A stretch of 32,000 nt of DNA. It comes from Candidatus Saccharimonadota bacterium (lineage in GTDB: Bacteria; Patescibacteriota; Gracilibacteria; BD1-5; UBA6164). The stretch spans positions 330,001-362,000 of the forward strand of contig CP042461.1 in NCBI GenBank assembly GCA_004563595.2, given 5' to 3'. A model generated the notes under the pieces. It made no database searches. It saw only the letters and a list, made by a program, of their open reading frames with translations, and was not told where the DNA came from. Position 1 is the first letter of the stretch; every line of letters begins with the position of its first letter. Shown here in pieces: positions 1-9,985 of this stretch. The position numbers and the translations under genes were made by a program.

Positions 1-180
1 AGGGATCATTTACGTTTCAAAACAAAACATGGATACAAAATATTTTGATTCTGATTCTGAGAATACTTAGATCAAATTAAAAAAGCTGATAAAGTGGATC
101 TTATTTTTGATGTTTCTGAAGATGTTTGGATGGGGAAGAAAAATTTGATGTTAAAGGTGGTTGATATTGTAATATATTAA
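1..180 (+). CDS. recJ: C-terminal fragment of a RecJ-like single-stranded-DNA exonuclease (5' end outside window)
   Basis: Frame 1 is open to TAA 178-180 when TGA=Gly. The tail ..HLRFKTKHGYKIFGFGFGEYLDQIKKADKVDLIFDVSEDVWMGKKNLMLKVVDIVIY fits the RecJ C-terminal pattern. Three in-frame TGA give the GFGFG run. Confidence 0.5.
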
Positions 181-195
181 TAAGTGGGAGTACTA

Positions 196-227
196 AAAAA
201 CCGTTATGAATATTCATAACGGTTTTT
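196..227. terminator. Bidirectional rho-independent terminator
   Basis: Perfect palindrome aaaaaccgttatgaa-ta-ttcataacggttttt with A-run and T-run flanks, between convergent gene ends at 180 and 233. Confidence 0.85.
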
Positions 228-232
228 GTTCC

Positions 233-769
233 TTAAGCAGCTTTTTTGTAAGACTTCTTATTTTTTTTCATCTCGATTCTCTCAGAGAGTTCAATCCGAT
301 ATTTATTATTTTTTGGAGAGGTTCTTCTCCCATAGTCTTTACAATTTATTTTATACTTCTTCTTTGCATGATGAGTAAATAGAGCCATAAGACACTCTAC
401 TAAATCTTCTGCTGAGTCTTGTTTTAGGAATTTGGAAGCAGCATTACTTCCAAGACGTAACAAGGTTTCTAAAAAAAAGTATCTTTTCGTCCCATAGTAA
501 TTTTCAAGTATAATATTGTACTCAGTAAAATTATGGGATTTTTTTAGTATGACTTCTTCATTTGTAAAACGGCTACTTACGAGTACTCCTTTTTCTGTTA
601 GAATTAATCTTAATACAATACATGCAGCCTGCTTTCGATTTTTTTGAAAACCTTTTTGCTTTGCAACTGCGATAGCTAATTCGAATTGTTCATTTCCAAT
701 ATTTCGGAGATAAAAACAATCTTCTTTTTCTATATCTGTTTTAGTATCAACTGAAGTGAACTGTTTCAT
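233..769 (-). CDS. Hypothetical 178-aa protein, TGA-free, basic C-terminus
   Basis: Complete ORF under the standard code, ATG 767-769. GAAGGA lies 8 nt upstream of the ATG. All 6 Gly codons are GGN. I recognise no family. Confidence 0.6.
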   Translation of the reverse strand: MKQFTSVDTKTDIEKEDCFYLRNIGNEQFELAIAVAKQKGFQKNRKQAACIVLRLILTEKGVLVSSRFTNEEVILKKSHNFTEYNIILENYYGTKRYFFLETLLRLGSNAASKFLKQDSAEDLVECLMALFTHHAKKKYKINCKDYGRRTSPKNNKYRIELSERIEMKKNKKSYKKAA

Positions 770-896
770 AACTAAATTCCTTCTATTAATTCATTTATAT
801 TTATAATTATTATGAAAGAAAAGTCAAAAAATAAAATTTGCAGTATTCGTCAAAGAATAATATACTTATTTAGTATTATATTATTAAGAACATATT

Positions 897-1223
897 ATGT
901 CCCTACAAAAATGCCCAAACTGTAAAAAGAAAATCTCTTGGTGGAAAGTATATAAAAAAATTAACCAAAAAAGGTTTTATGGAAATCACTTATTAAAATG
1001 TTCAAAATGTTCTTATAAGTTATGACTGAAACTTAAGAAGAAAGACTTTACCGAGCGTTTATATAAAGCCTTCTTGTGGATGAGTTTCCCAATCTTATTA
1101 ATTGTGGCTGTTGCTCTATGAAAAATATTTTTCTGAACGGCAATTGTATTGGTTGTTTTATACCATTTTGCTGCAATGCATTATATTATTACAAAATATA
1201 AATATGATACATGTAAGAAATAA
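897..1223 (+). CDS. Small zinc-ribbon membrane protein (CPNC..CSKC plus 2 predicted TM helices)
   Basis: ATG 897 to TAA 1221-1223, 109 codons, 3 in-frame TGA=Gly. N-terminal CxxC-X22-CxxC followed by hydrophobic helices. An in-frame TAA at 885 bounds the start. Confidence 0.45.
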
Positions 1224-1225
1224 AA

Positions 1226-1261
1226 AACTGAGGGTTTAGATATTTTCTTCCCAACCCAGTT
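1226..1261. terminator. Weak bulged hairpin between convergent genes
   Basis: aactgagggtt ... aacccagtt followed by a T-run. It overlaps the mutY stop and is an imperfect stem. Confidence 0.3.
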
Positions 1262-2222
1262 TTTCTTTTTTATTAAAAATACCAAATTCATGTTCTCAGG
1301 CTTGAACTTGAGCATGATAAAAGAAATAGTTTCATTTATTTGAAGCTATTTTTTTGTATGGAGGTCTTACTGAGAGAGAAAGGTTAAATTTATTTTTAAA
1401 ATAAGCCTTTATAAAACCTCTGTGATCATCTCATGTTTTTCATAGCTGAAAAGCTTCAAATCTATCAGGATTTTCTGAATAATACTCTTTATGATCTTTA
1501 TGGATACAAACGAATATCTCTGCATCTTTTTTATTTATTTGTATAGATTTTTTTTCTGGCCTTGATTCAGATTTTCATTTATTTTTAAAAAATTGTGAAT
1601 TATGAAGAGGATAATTTTCCCAGTTAATATTTTGTTTTTCATTAATGTCAACAAGACTAGAAAAATCCATGAGAGCTGCATTTATTTCTCTTCATGAGAT
1701 TCAAGTTTTTTCAAATTGTTTTTGAATATTATTTTTAAATTCTTTAGAAAGTTTAATGAAACGGCTTCCAAGGTAGTATCTTGCAAATATTTTTTCTATA
1801 TTGGTATCAAAAGCTAATACACTTTGATTATGTCAAAAAGCAAGGATTGCTTGAGATGTATATGGTCAAACTCCAGGGAGAGAAAGAAGCTCATTATAAT
1901 CATTTGGGAATATTCAGTCATGATCATCTACTATAGCTTTTGCTGCTCCTAACATATTTCTTGCGCGAGAATAATATCAGAGTCATTCATAATATGGGAA
2001 AAAGGTATCATAGTCTATCTGAGCAAAATCATGAACTGTAGGAAATGCATCTATAACTTTTTCAAAGTAAGGAATCACACGTGAAACTTGGGTTTGTTGA
2101 AGAAAAATCTCGCTGATCCATACCTGATATGGCTCTTGTTTATGCCTCCATGGAAGATCATGACGTCAGTTTATTTTATACCAGTCCAAAATGATTTGGA
2201 AGGGGAAGTTTTCGAGTTTCAT
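1236..2222 (-). CDS. mutY: A/G-specific adenine DNA glycosylase MutY
   Basis: 329 codons with TGA=Gly. Motifs LDWYKINGRHDLPWR, PYQVWISEIFLQQTQV, GLGYYSRARNM and LPGVGPYTSQAI (HhH-GPD), plus a NUDIX-like C-terminal domain. Confidence 0.9.
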
Positions 2223-2291
2223 ATATTTGTTTTACTTGAAGAAAAATATTGATACTATCATACTAAGATTTAATAATTTTTCAAAACTCTT

Positions 2292-2936
2292 ATGGTCAAA
2301 AAAAAGCTACCAGGAATCTTGGAATACTTTATACATGATCAACTGGAAGATGATCCCTCTTTTTCTTATAGATCTATGTTTGGTTGATATGGTATTTATA
2401 GGTATTGAAAAATATTTTCTATACTACTTTGAAACCAGTTGTATTTCAAAGTGTGAGAAAATAATAGACAAGACTATTTAGATTATTGAAGCGAAGCATT
2501 TAAATATAAAAAGAAAACATGAGTCGTATGAGTTATGTCATATTATGAGCTCCCAGAAGATGTTATGGAGAATAGAGAATTGTTATTTGAATGGATTGAA
2601 AAGTCATTATCTGTTGAAACAAAAACGAAGAAAAAGACTCAAAAAGATAGAGAGCTTGATAAAAAAATACTTGAGTTTTTACAAGAAATACCAAAATGAA
2701 AAGTAAGCTCATACAAAAATCTTTGAATAAGGTTTGAGGTTCACCCAAGAAAGATAGCTTCAGTAATGAAGTATAACAAAAGTCCAGGAATATATCCTTG
2801 TTACAAAGTACTTGCTGACTCTGGAAAACTCAGTGGATATAATACTGATAGATGAGTTGAAGAAAAAGTAGAGAAGTTACAAGCTGATGGTATTGAGATA
2901 ATAAATGGAACCGTTGATAAAAAATATTTTATATAA
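2292..2936 (+). CDS. TfoX_N-domain / MGMT-family (Atl/Ogt-like DNA-binding domain) fusion protein
   Basis: ATG 2292 to TAA 2934-2936, 215 codons. N-terminal half MFGGYGIYRYGKIFSILLGNQLYFKVGENN..MSYYELPEDV matches TfoX_N. C-terminal half IPKGKVSSYKNLG..PRKIASVMKYN..YPCYKVL..GKLSGY matches the MGMT DNA-binding domain, with PCYK in place of PCHR. The N-terminal half is visible only with TGA=Gly. Confidence 0.75.
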
Positions 2937-2952
2937 TTAAAAAAAGTAATAA

Positions 2953-3423
2953 ATGGAAAGAATACAAAGAGCAGGATTCAAAGTAGCAGGATTAAAAATT
3001 ACAACTTCTAATACCCAAGCTATAAATGAAGGAAGTATTGGTATAGCATGGAATGATTTTTTTTCCAAAAATATATTCGCAAAAATACCAAATAAAATCG
3101 ATGATAGAATTTATGCCGTATATTCAAATTTTGAAGAGGGTTTCTCTGAAGATAATATGGATAAAAAATATGATTTAATTATTGGTTGTAAGGTTTCAGA
3201 CTTTACATGACTTCCAAAGTGGTTATCTAGCGCAGAAGTACCGGAACAAGAATATGCAAAATTTGTTGCAATCGGGAACCTTCCAAGAGCAGTACTTAAA
3301 ACATGGGAAGAAATTTGGGAATCAGATATTCCGAAAAACAATACATTTGATTTTGAGGTGTATTCTGAAAAATCTCAAAAATGAAATAATTCAGAAGTTG
3401 ATGTATACGTTTGAGTAAATTAA
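2953..3423 (+). CDS. GyrI-like / effector-binding (small-molecule binding) domain protein
   Basis: 157 codons with 3 TGA=Gly. The pattern ..IGIAWNDFF..IYAVYSNFE..YDLIIGCKV..EYAKFVAIGNLP..VLKTWEEIW..FDFEVY is typical of the GyrI-like/SbmC/Cass2 fold. Confidence 0.7.
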
Positions 3424-3453
3424 AAAAAGAGAAAGCATATGCTTTCTCTTTTT
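3424..3453. terminator. Bidirectional rho-independent terminator
   Basis: Palindrome aaaagagaaagcatatgctttctctttt. It overlaps the stop codon of the minus-strand M24 peptidase gene. Confidence 0.85.
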
Positions 3454-4510
3454 AAAACTCTACTTCACTAAAACATTCAACTCAGCCTTCTCATGCAAAA
3501 ACTATATTTTCAATTCTTACTCAAAATTTTCAGGGGATATAAATTCCAGGTTCAATAGTAAAAACCATTCAGGATCTTATTATATTTTGAGACTTCATTG
3601 TTATCCATGGTGCTTCATGAATATTTAAGCCTACTCAATGTCATGTAGAGTGTGTAAAATACTCTCCAAATCACGCATCAATAATGGAGTTTCTTGCCGC
3701 GGTGTCAATTAAAGTTGCTTTGAGTCATGGTTGAGAAATTTGAAATGCTTTCCTATAAGCTTTGGCTACAGCATTATATATTTTTTTGAATTCATCATAT
3801 GAACTATCTTTTTTTCATACCCAAAAGGTTCTGGTAAAATCACTACAATATCACTGGTATACTGCTCCCATATCAATTAAGAGAGGACCATCTCATATGA
3901 TAGTATCTCCAGCTGTATGATGTGGGATAGCTGAATTTTTTCAAAAAGCGACTATTGCTTCAAAACTTTCTGCTGATCCTCAAAACTCTAAGATTTTATT
4001 GACTATAAATGCTCTGATCTCTTTTTCTGTTTTTCAAATGAGTTCTCAAGTTTTTTTTAGGTCTTGTACTGCAAAAAATACTTTATCAATTATTTTTATA
4101 GCTTGTTTTATCTTTGTCTGTTCATTACTTTGTTTGATGATTCTTTTCTGTTCAAAATAAGGAGTTATAACTTCTATTTTATGTTTTGAGCCTTTTTCTA
4201 GTTGTCCGAAGTATTTAAGAGTTATATTGTCTTCTACTTTTTTTGTTTTTGAATCATGTGATTGATCTAAAATACAGTCAATAAGTTTTCATTCTGATTT
4301 TGTGAAAACTACTTTTTCTTTTCATGTTTTATGTTTGATACTCTCTATATCCACACACTCTTTTTTATTAAAATACCTTGAGTCAAGGATAATATTTATA
4401 CAGTGCTTTTTGATAATAATTCATCCGAGAGATGGTTGAAATCAGAGTAAATAATTGAACTCATTATTAATGATTCAGTTATCTGTATCTGTGATAATAA
4501 TAGTAGCCAT
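3452..4510 (-). CDS. pepP: M24-family Xaa-Pro aminopeptidase/dipeptidase
   Basis: 353 codons. Motifs LLIDMGAVYQGYCSDFTRT, THSTGHGVGLNIHEAP, FTIEPGIY and GVRIEN (pita-bread metal ligands), with many TGA at Gly. Confidence 0.85.
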
Positions 4511-4633
4511 ATTTTATATTTAGTATATATAAATCATTATAATATATTTTTCCAAAATAATCAATGAATAACTTTACAAAAAAGTAAAAACTCATAATAT
4601 GTATATATACTGTATATATTAAAAGAGTATTTT

Positions 4634-5761
4634 ATGGGAAAAGAAAAATTATCACTCAAAGATATGATGTTTAACAAACAAAGAGTTACTTTTTTATCTT
4701 GATTAATAAAAGAAGCATATAAGGAGTTTGATGAGGTGAACTTTATAGACGATGTTCTTGTGAAGTTTCCAGAATTAGAGCTCAAAGAAAGGATTTATCA
4801 TATAAAAGATAATTTAAAAATATATCTCCCAGATAATTATAAGCTAGCTGTGAGTATTATGCGTCAAAGTTTACCACCAGAGCTTGATCCAAATAAAACA
4901 GATGATGATTTTGGGTATTTTATTTTATCTTCGTTTTGAGAGTATATTGCAGAATACTGATGTAATTGAGAGTATCTAGATTTTTCTCTTTCTAATTTTG
5001 AAGAATTTACAAAAAGATTTTCTATGGAATTTGCGATTCGTCCTTTTTTGAAAAAGTACCCAGAGCAAACACTTGTCTATGTTGAGGAGTGGTCAAAACA
5101 TGATAATTACCATGTAAGAAGATTTGCGAGCGAATGAATTCGTCCAAGTCTTCCATGGTGAGGGAAAGTTGATATTGGGATTCAAAATACTTTTGATGTT
5201 CTGGATAATCTTTTTTCAGACCATACATCTTATGTATTTCGTTCTGTTGCAAACAATATGAACGATATTTCAAAAATAGATCCTATTTGAGTACTCTCAA
5301 AATTAGATGAATGGAAGAAATCAAGAAAACAATCAGAGAAAAATATGGACTATATTATGAGGCATTCACTCAGGACTTTACTGAGATCAGGACATAAAGA
5401 ATCTCTTCAGTTTATTTGATACCAAAAACCTGATATTTCTATCAAAAATTTTCAAATTTTAACTCCATCAGTTTCTTTATGAGAAAGCCTAAAGTTTGAA
5501 TTTGAAATAGATTCAAAAAATGACCAAGTCTTAATGATAGATTATATTATACATTTTGTGAAAGCCAGTGGGAAAAATTCATGAAAAACGTTTAAGATTT
5601 CAAAGAAAAAAATATGAAAATGAGAAAATATAAAAATAACAAAAAAACACCCACTTAGGGAAATGACAACATTGAAACTCTATCCTTGAAAGCATTTTAT
5701 TGAATTGCAAATCAATGGAGAGAAGTTTGGGAAAATAGAATTTGATTTTAAGATGAATTAA
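4634..5761 (+). CDS. DNA alkylation repair protein, AlkC-like HEAT-repeat glycosylase with C-terminal Ig-like domain
   Basis: 376 codons. Contains the signature HVRRFASEGIRPSLPW and a beta-rich C-terminal ~100 aa. This fits the COG4335/AlkC architecture. Confidence 0.7.
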
Positions 5762-5782
5762 GTCTACTAAAAAATATAGACT
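5761..5782 (+). terminator. Weak hairpin after the AlkC-like gene
   Basis: agtcta-N10-tagact followed by tt. Short stem with a poor T-tract. Confidence 0.25.
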
Positions 5783-5836
5783 TTATACAACATATATATA
5801 AAATATAATAAATTAATATTTAATAGAAAATAATAT

Positions 5837-7078
5837 ATGTCTCAAACAATAGTATGTCCAAATTGTAATGTAGAAATAGACTTGGATAAAATTGCTAATC
5901 ATAAATATGATGAGCTTTTAAAAGATCAAGAAAATAAATTGAAAAGCGAACAAGAAAAACAAAAAGCTCAATTTGAAAAAGATCTAGAAGAAAAAACGAA
6001 TGAAATGAGAAAAAAAGCAGGAGAATTTGCTGAAAGAAAAGCTGCTGAAGAAAGAAAAAAAGTAGAACTTGAAATGAAAGATATGCAAGATAGGCTTAAA
6101 AAATCTGAAATTGAACAACAGGAAGCGAAAAAGAAAGAACTGGAGCTTATTAATATGCAAAAAGACTTAGAAAACAAAGAGAAAAATTTTGAGCTAGAAA
6201 TGGAGAAAAAAATGATTGAAGAAAAGAAAAAATTAGAACAAACAATTGAAGAAAAATTAAAGCTAGAATCTAAAAAAGAATCAGATACTCAAATTGAAAA
6301 AATACAAGAAGAGCATAGAAAGAAAGATCTTGAAATGCTGAAACAACAAGAACAAATGAAAAAAACTATTGATGATCTGAAAAGAAAATCAGAACAAAAT
6401 AGCCAACAAATACAATGAGATATACAAGAAGATGATTTGAAACAAGCAATATCGAGTTCATTTCCTATTGATATTATTGAAGATGTCCCAACTTGAATCA
6501 AGTGAGCAGATATTATACAAAATGTAAAAAATAACCTAGGACAACCTGCTTGAGTTATTGTTTGGGAATCAAAAAACACAAAAGCTTGGACAGACGCTTG
6601 GGTAATGAAGCTCAAAGATGATAAGCTCAAAGTAAACTGAAATATTGCTATCTTAGTTACTACCGTTCTTCCAAAAAATCTTAAAAGTTTTTGAATGGTG
6701 GATGATGTTATGGTATGTCTCCCTGAATACGTGATTGCTGTTGCAACGATGCTCAGAGATAAACTTCTTGCAATTGCAAAGGTAGAAACTTCTCTGCAAT
6801 GAAAAGATCTCAAGATGGAAATGCTCTACAAATATCTTTCAAGTGAAGAGTTTTCTTCAAAAATTTCTATGATGGTTGATGTATTTGCACAATTAAAAAC
6901 ATGAATTGATTCAGAAAGAAGAGCCATGGATAAAAACTGGAAAAAAAGAGAAAAGGATCTGGAAAGAGCTACTTTTGCTATAACTGGAATGTATGGAGAA
7001 TTAGAATCACTTATGTGACAAGCCTTACCATGAGCAGAAAAGCTTGAACTTGGAGCTTGAGATGATTTTGAAGATTAA
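5837..7078 (+). CDS. DUF2130-family protein: N-terminal CxxC, long K/E-rich coiled coil, C-terminal PD-(D/E)xK-like domain
   Basis: 414 codons. The first 193 aa are the standard-code ORF, and reading continues through TGA 6416. The C-terminal ..GADIIQNV..GVIVWESKNTKAW..AITGMYGELESLMGQALPGAEKLELG matches DUF2130 as I remember it. Stop TAA 7076-7078. Confidence 0.7.
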
Positions 7079-7094
7079 GGAAGACAAGTAATCG

Positions 7095-7265
7095 CTCCCT
7101 CTGTCCTAGGGGACATCTCCCTCCAAGAGGGAGAACTTAGTATGAATAATAATTTTTATATTATCTTATTTAAAGAATTATTTTTAATAAAATAGATAGT
7201 TCTTATTTGTTGCAACAATTTTAAGTTCCCCCTCATGGAGGGGGATGCCTGAAAGGCAGGGGGAG
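7095..7265. mobile_element. MITE-like element: two ~42-nt GC-rich imperfect inverted repeats flanking an 88-nt AT-rich core
   Basis: The left arm 7095-7136 (ctccctctgtcctaggggacatctccctccaagagggagaac) matches the reverse complement of the right arm 7225-7265 (ctccccctgcctttcaggcatccccctccatgagggggaac) at about 32 of 42 positions by hand. Each arm holds its own hairpin (7116-7134; 7228-7244 and 7247-7257). Confidence 0.5.
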
Positions 7266-7294
7266 TTTTTCTTAAATAATTATTTCTACTCTAT

Positions 7295-7690
7295 ATGTAT
7301 GAATTTACTCAAGATTTTCTTCACTCAAGGTGATTAATTTTATGAAACCATAGATTACCTTACAATCCAAAACTTAAAGAACGAGCAAGAGAATTAAGGA
7401 AAAATATGACAAAACCTGAAATGAAAATCTGGTTTGATTTTTTGAAAAATTGGAAATATACAGTTTTGAGACAAAGACCCATAGATCATTTTATTGTAGA
7501 TTTTTATTGTAAAGAATTATCTCTTGTTATAGAAATTGATTGAGAGAGTCATCATGAGAATTGAGCTCCAGAATATGATACCGAAAGAACAAATGTATTA
7601 AAATGATATGACCTTAAAATTTTAAGATTTACAAATGACGAAATAATGAAAAATTTTAGCTGAGTCTGTGAAATACTAAATAAATACTAA
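7295..7690 (+). CDS. DUF559 (Vsr-like) endonuclease domain protein
   Basis: 132 codons. LPYNPKLKERARELRKNMTKPEMKIWFDFLKN..LRQRPIDHFIVDFYC..LVIEIDGESH..RTNVLKGYDLKILRFTNDEI is the classic DUF559 pattern. Confidence 0.8.
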
Positions 7691-7696
7691 TTACTC

Positions 7697-8113
7697 ATGA
7701 CAAATAAACTTTCACTCAACCTTTGAGGTTCTAAAAAACCAAATTTTAGACGTAAAATAATGCAGAACGTTATTATTGATAGGAAATCAAAGTATACAGT
7801 TATAGGGTGATATATTGAATCATCAGAAGAAGTAAAACCTTTTATAAAAGAGTTATTGAAAGATAAGTATTTTCAGAAGTCTACTCATAATACTTATGCG
7901 TACAGGTTAGAGTTAGAAAATGGAAGTATTTTAGAATGAAAAAATGATGATGGAGAAGTTTGAGCTTGAAATTGTATACTCAGAGAGCTACAAAGAGATA
8001 ACTGTATAAATACTATTGTGGTAGTAACAAGATATTTTTGATGAATTCATTTACAAGCTGATAGATTTAAAAATGTAATTGATGCAACAAAGATAATCCT
8101 ACATGAATTTTAA
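7697..8113 (+). CDS. YigZ / IMPACT-family (UPF0029) protein
   Basis: 139 codons (alternative in-frame start 7760). Motifs HNTYAYRL, DDGEVGAGNCIL and IVVVTRYFGGIHLQADRF. Confidence 0.75.
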
Positions 8114-8143
8114 TGTACAAAAAAATAGCTATTACAAAGTAAA

Positions 8144-8179
8144 AAATAAAGAGTTTTTTAAAAAACTCTTTATTTTTTT
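8144..8179 (+). terminator. Rho-independent terminator
   Basis: aataaagagtttttt / aaaaaactctttatt hairpin followed by a T-run. Confidence 0.8.
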
Positions 8180-8262
8180 GAAAAAAGTTGTCACACTATT
8201 ATGTTTCAAACGTATAAAAGCCTGTAGTCGCTACGATGAATTATATTTTAAAAAACTATATT

Positions 8263-9405
8263 ATGAAAAACTGAACAAAAAAAACTCTATTAACTACTAG
8301 TATTATATGACTTGCATTACTAGTAAATCCTGTTAGTGCAGCAAACCTATCATTTGATGAGGCATTTAAAAATCAAATTTTAGAAGAAGTTAAAATGGAA
8401 CTAAAAGATGAGGTAAACGGTGCAGAAGAAATAAACTCTATATCAAAAGAACTAGATGAGTTAATCAAAAATTGAGACCTTAAGAATAATCTTTTAACTG
8501 AGTTAAAAGAGGAAATAGCTTTTCTAAAAAATGCTGATTTTAAAAATCAATTAGCACAAGATTTAAAAAGCTTAGAGGAAATTAATGATGGAAAAAAGTT
8601 TTATGACGTATTGAATGATGTATATGAGAAATTAGATAATTATTATGAAGAGCATGATGAAGAGATAGAAGGTGAGGATGATTTTGAAGACTATAGTTAT
8701 AGTTTTACTAATGAAAAAACAGACATTATAGAAGCTTTAGAAGAAGAAGTGAGTTATATTAACGATAAAAAATTAAAAGACGTTGTAGTATCAACGATTC
8801 AAGAATTAAAATCTATAAATAATGAAGATACATTTTTTGAAAAACTTGATGTAACTTACGATAAATTAGATGAATACTTTGGAGAGGATGATGATTTCGA
8901 AGATGATAACTTTGAAGACGAATGAGAAGATTATAATTTTACAGAAGATAAAAAAGATATATTAAAGTATCTTTGAGATGAAATTAATAACTTAGAAGAT
9001 TCAACATTTAAATCTGATATGTTATCAAATATTCAAAAATTGAATGCTCAAAATAATGAAGATGATTTTTTTGATACATTAGATAAAGTTTATGAGAGTG
9101 TAGATAATTATTATGAAGAAAATGGAACTTCATTTAATGAAGACTTTGATTTCGAAGATATAGAAGACTTTGATTTTGATACTGAAAAAAAAGAAATTAT
9201 ACAATCTATTACTGAAGAAATTAATAGTTTAGATAATGAAGAATTAAAGAATGAACTCTTAGTGGCTTTGGAAAAAATAGAAAATGAAACAAACCCAAAT
9301 AATTTTTTCTCAAAAATTGATGATATATATGATATATTAGATGATTCATATGATGATTTTAATGATATTGATGATGAAGATGAATTTTTCGATGACGAAA
9401 AATAA
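8263..9405 (+). CDS. Secreted hyper-acidic tandem-repeat protein
   Basis: 381 codons (alternative in-frame ATG 8236). Signal peptide MKNGTKKTLLTTSIIGLALLVNPVSA|AN. The remainder is extremely D/E-rich and built from repeated modules. 5 in-frame TGA=Gly. Confidence 0.75.
8707..9402 (+). repeat. Three tandem ~75-79-aa coding repeats (8707-8940, 8941-9177, 9178-9402) plus a degenerate unit upstream (~8440-8706)
   Basis: Each unit has the form T-E/D-K-K-D/E-I-I..L..EI..L.D..LK......I..L....N.D.FF..LD.VYD.LD.YY.E....EDFDFED. Conservation is clear at the protein level and diverged at the nucleotide level. Confidence 0.7.
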
Positions 9406-9412
9406 AGATATT

Positions 9413-9440
9413 ACAACCTGCAGCTTTTTGTGCAGGTTGT
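9413..9440 (+). terminator. Hairpin terminator after the acidic repeat gene
   Basis: acaacctgca-gctttttg-tgcaggttgt, a 10-bp GC-containing stem. The downstream T-tract is modest. Confidence 0.55.
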
Positions 9441-9476
9441 ACTTATTGCTTTAACTTAATATCTAAATATAATATA

Positions 9477-9953
9477 ATGATACAAAAAATCAAAACTGTT
9501 ACTATAGCATTACTTCTAACGGGTTTCTTTATTTTTAACTGAATCAACTCCTCATATTCTTACCACTCAGAAAATAATATATGAGAATTCAAACAAGAGT
9601 TACAAGCTATAAAAAATTGAGAATTACTTGTAAATAAAATTGATAAAATAGTAACTAAAGTTGTGAAAAAGAGTAAAATGAATAAAGCCTTTTGACTCAA
9701 ATTAAAAGATAAAATTATTACTATAAAAAATAAGCTTTCAAAAAAAAGTGATTCGAAGTCAAAAAAATATGTAGTAATACTCAATTACCTACATGCGAAA
9801 CTTGAATGAGAATTAGAATGAAAAAGCCCTCGAGTTATGAAAAGAATTATTTCTCATAACAATAAAAGTAAAGCTAAAGTCGCAAAAGATAGAGTAAAAA
9901 AAATTAAAAGTAAGAACGTTTTAGATAGATATAAGTGAAGAAAAAAAAGATAA
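9477..9953 (+). CDS. Small Lys-rich (very basic) signal-anchored protein
   Basis: 159 codons. N-terminal hydrophobic segment TVTIALLLTGFFIF, then a K-rich helical region. 7 of 8 Gly codons are TGA. Confidence 0.5.
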
Positions 9954-9985
9954 ATTGTAGCTCTCTTTATAAATAACAAAAAAAT

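Noticed and set aside
2191-2481. Track ORF of 96 aa in the mutY / MGMT intergenic region
   Set aside because: It overlaps the mutY start and is out of frame with the TfoX_N reading frame, which gives a clear family match across the same DNA.
7235-7279. Mini-ORF MEGDAGKAGGVFLK inside the right GC-rich arm
   Set aside because: It is 14 codons long and lies entirely within a hairpin-forming repeat, with no initiation signal. The coding appearance most likely comes from the GC-rich palindrome.
8263-9405. CRISPR-like or satellite DNA repeat array
   Set aside because: The repeats are about 230 nt, contiguous, in-frame and diverged at the nucleotide level, without spacer-like unique inserts. They are coding repeats of a secreted protein.
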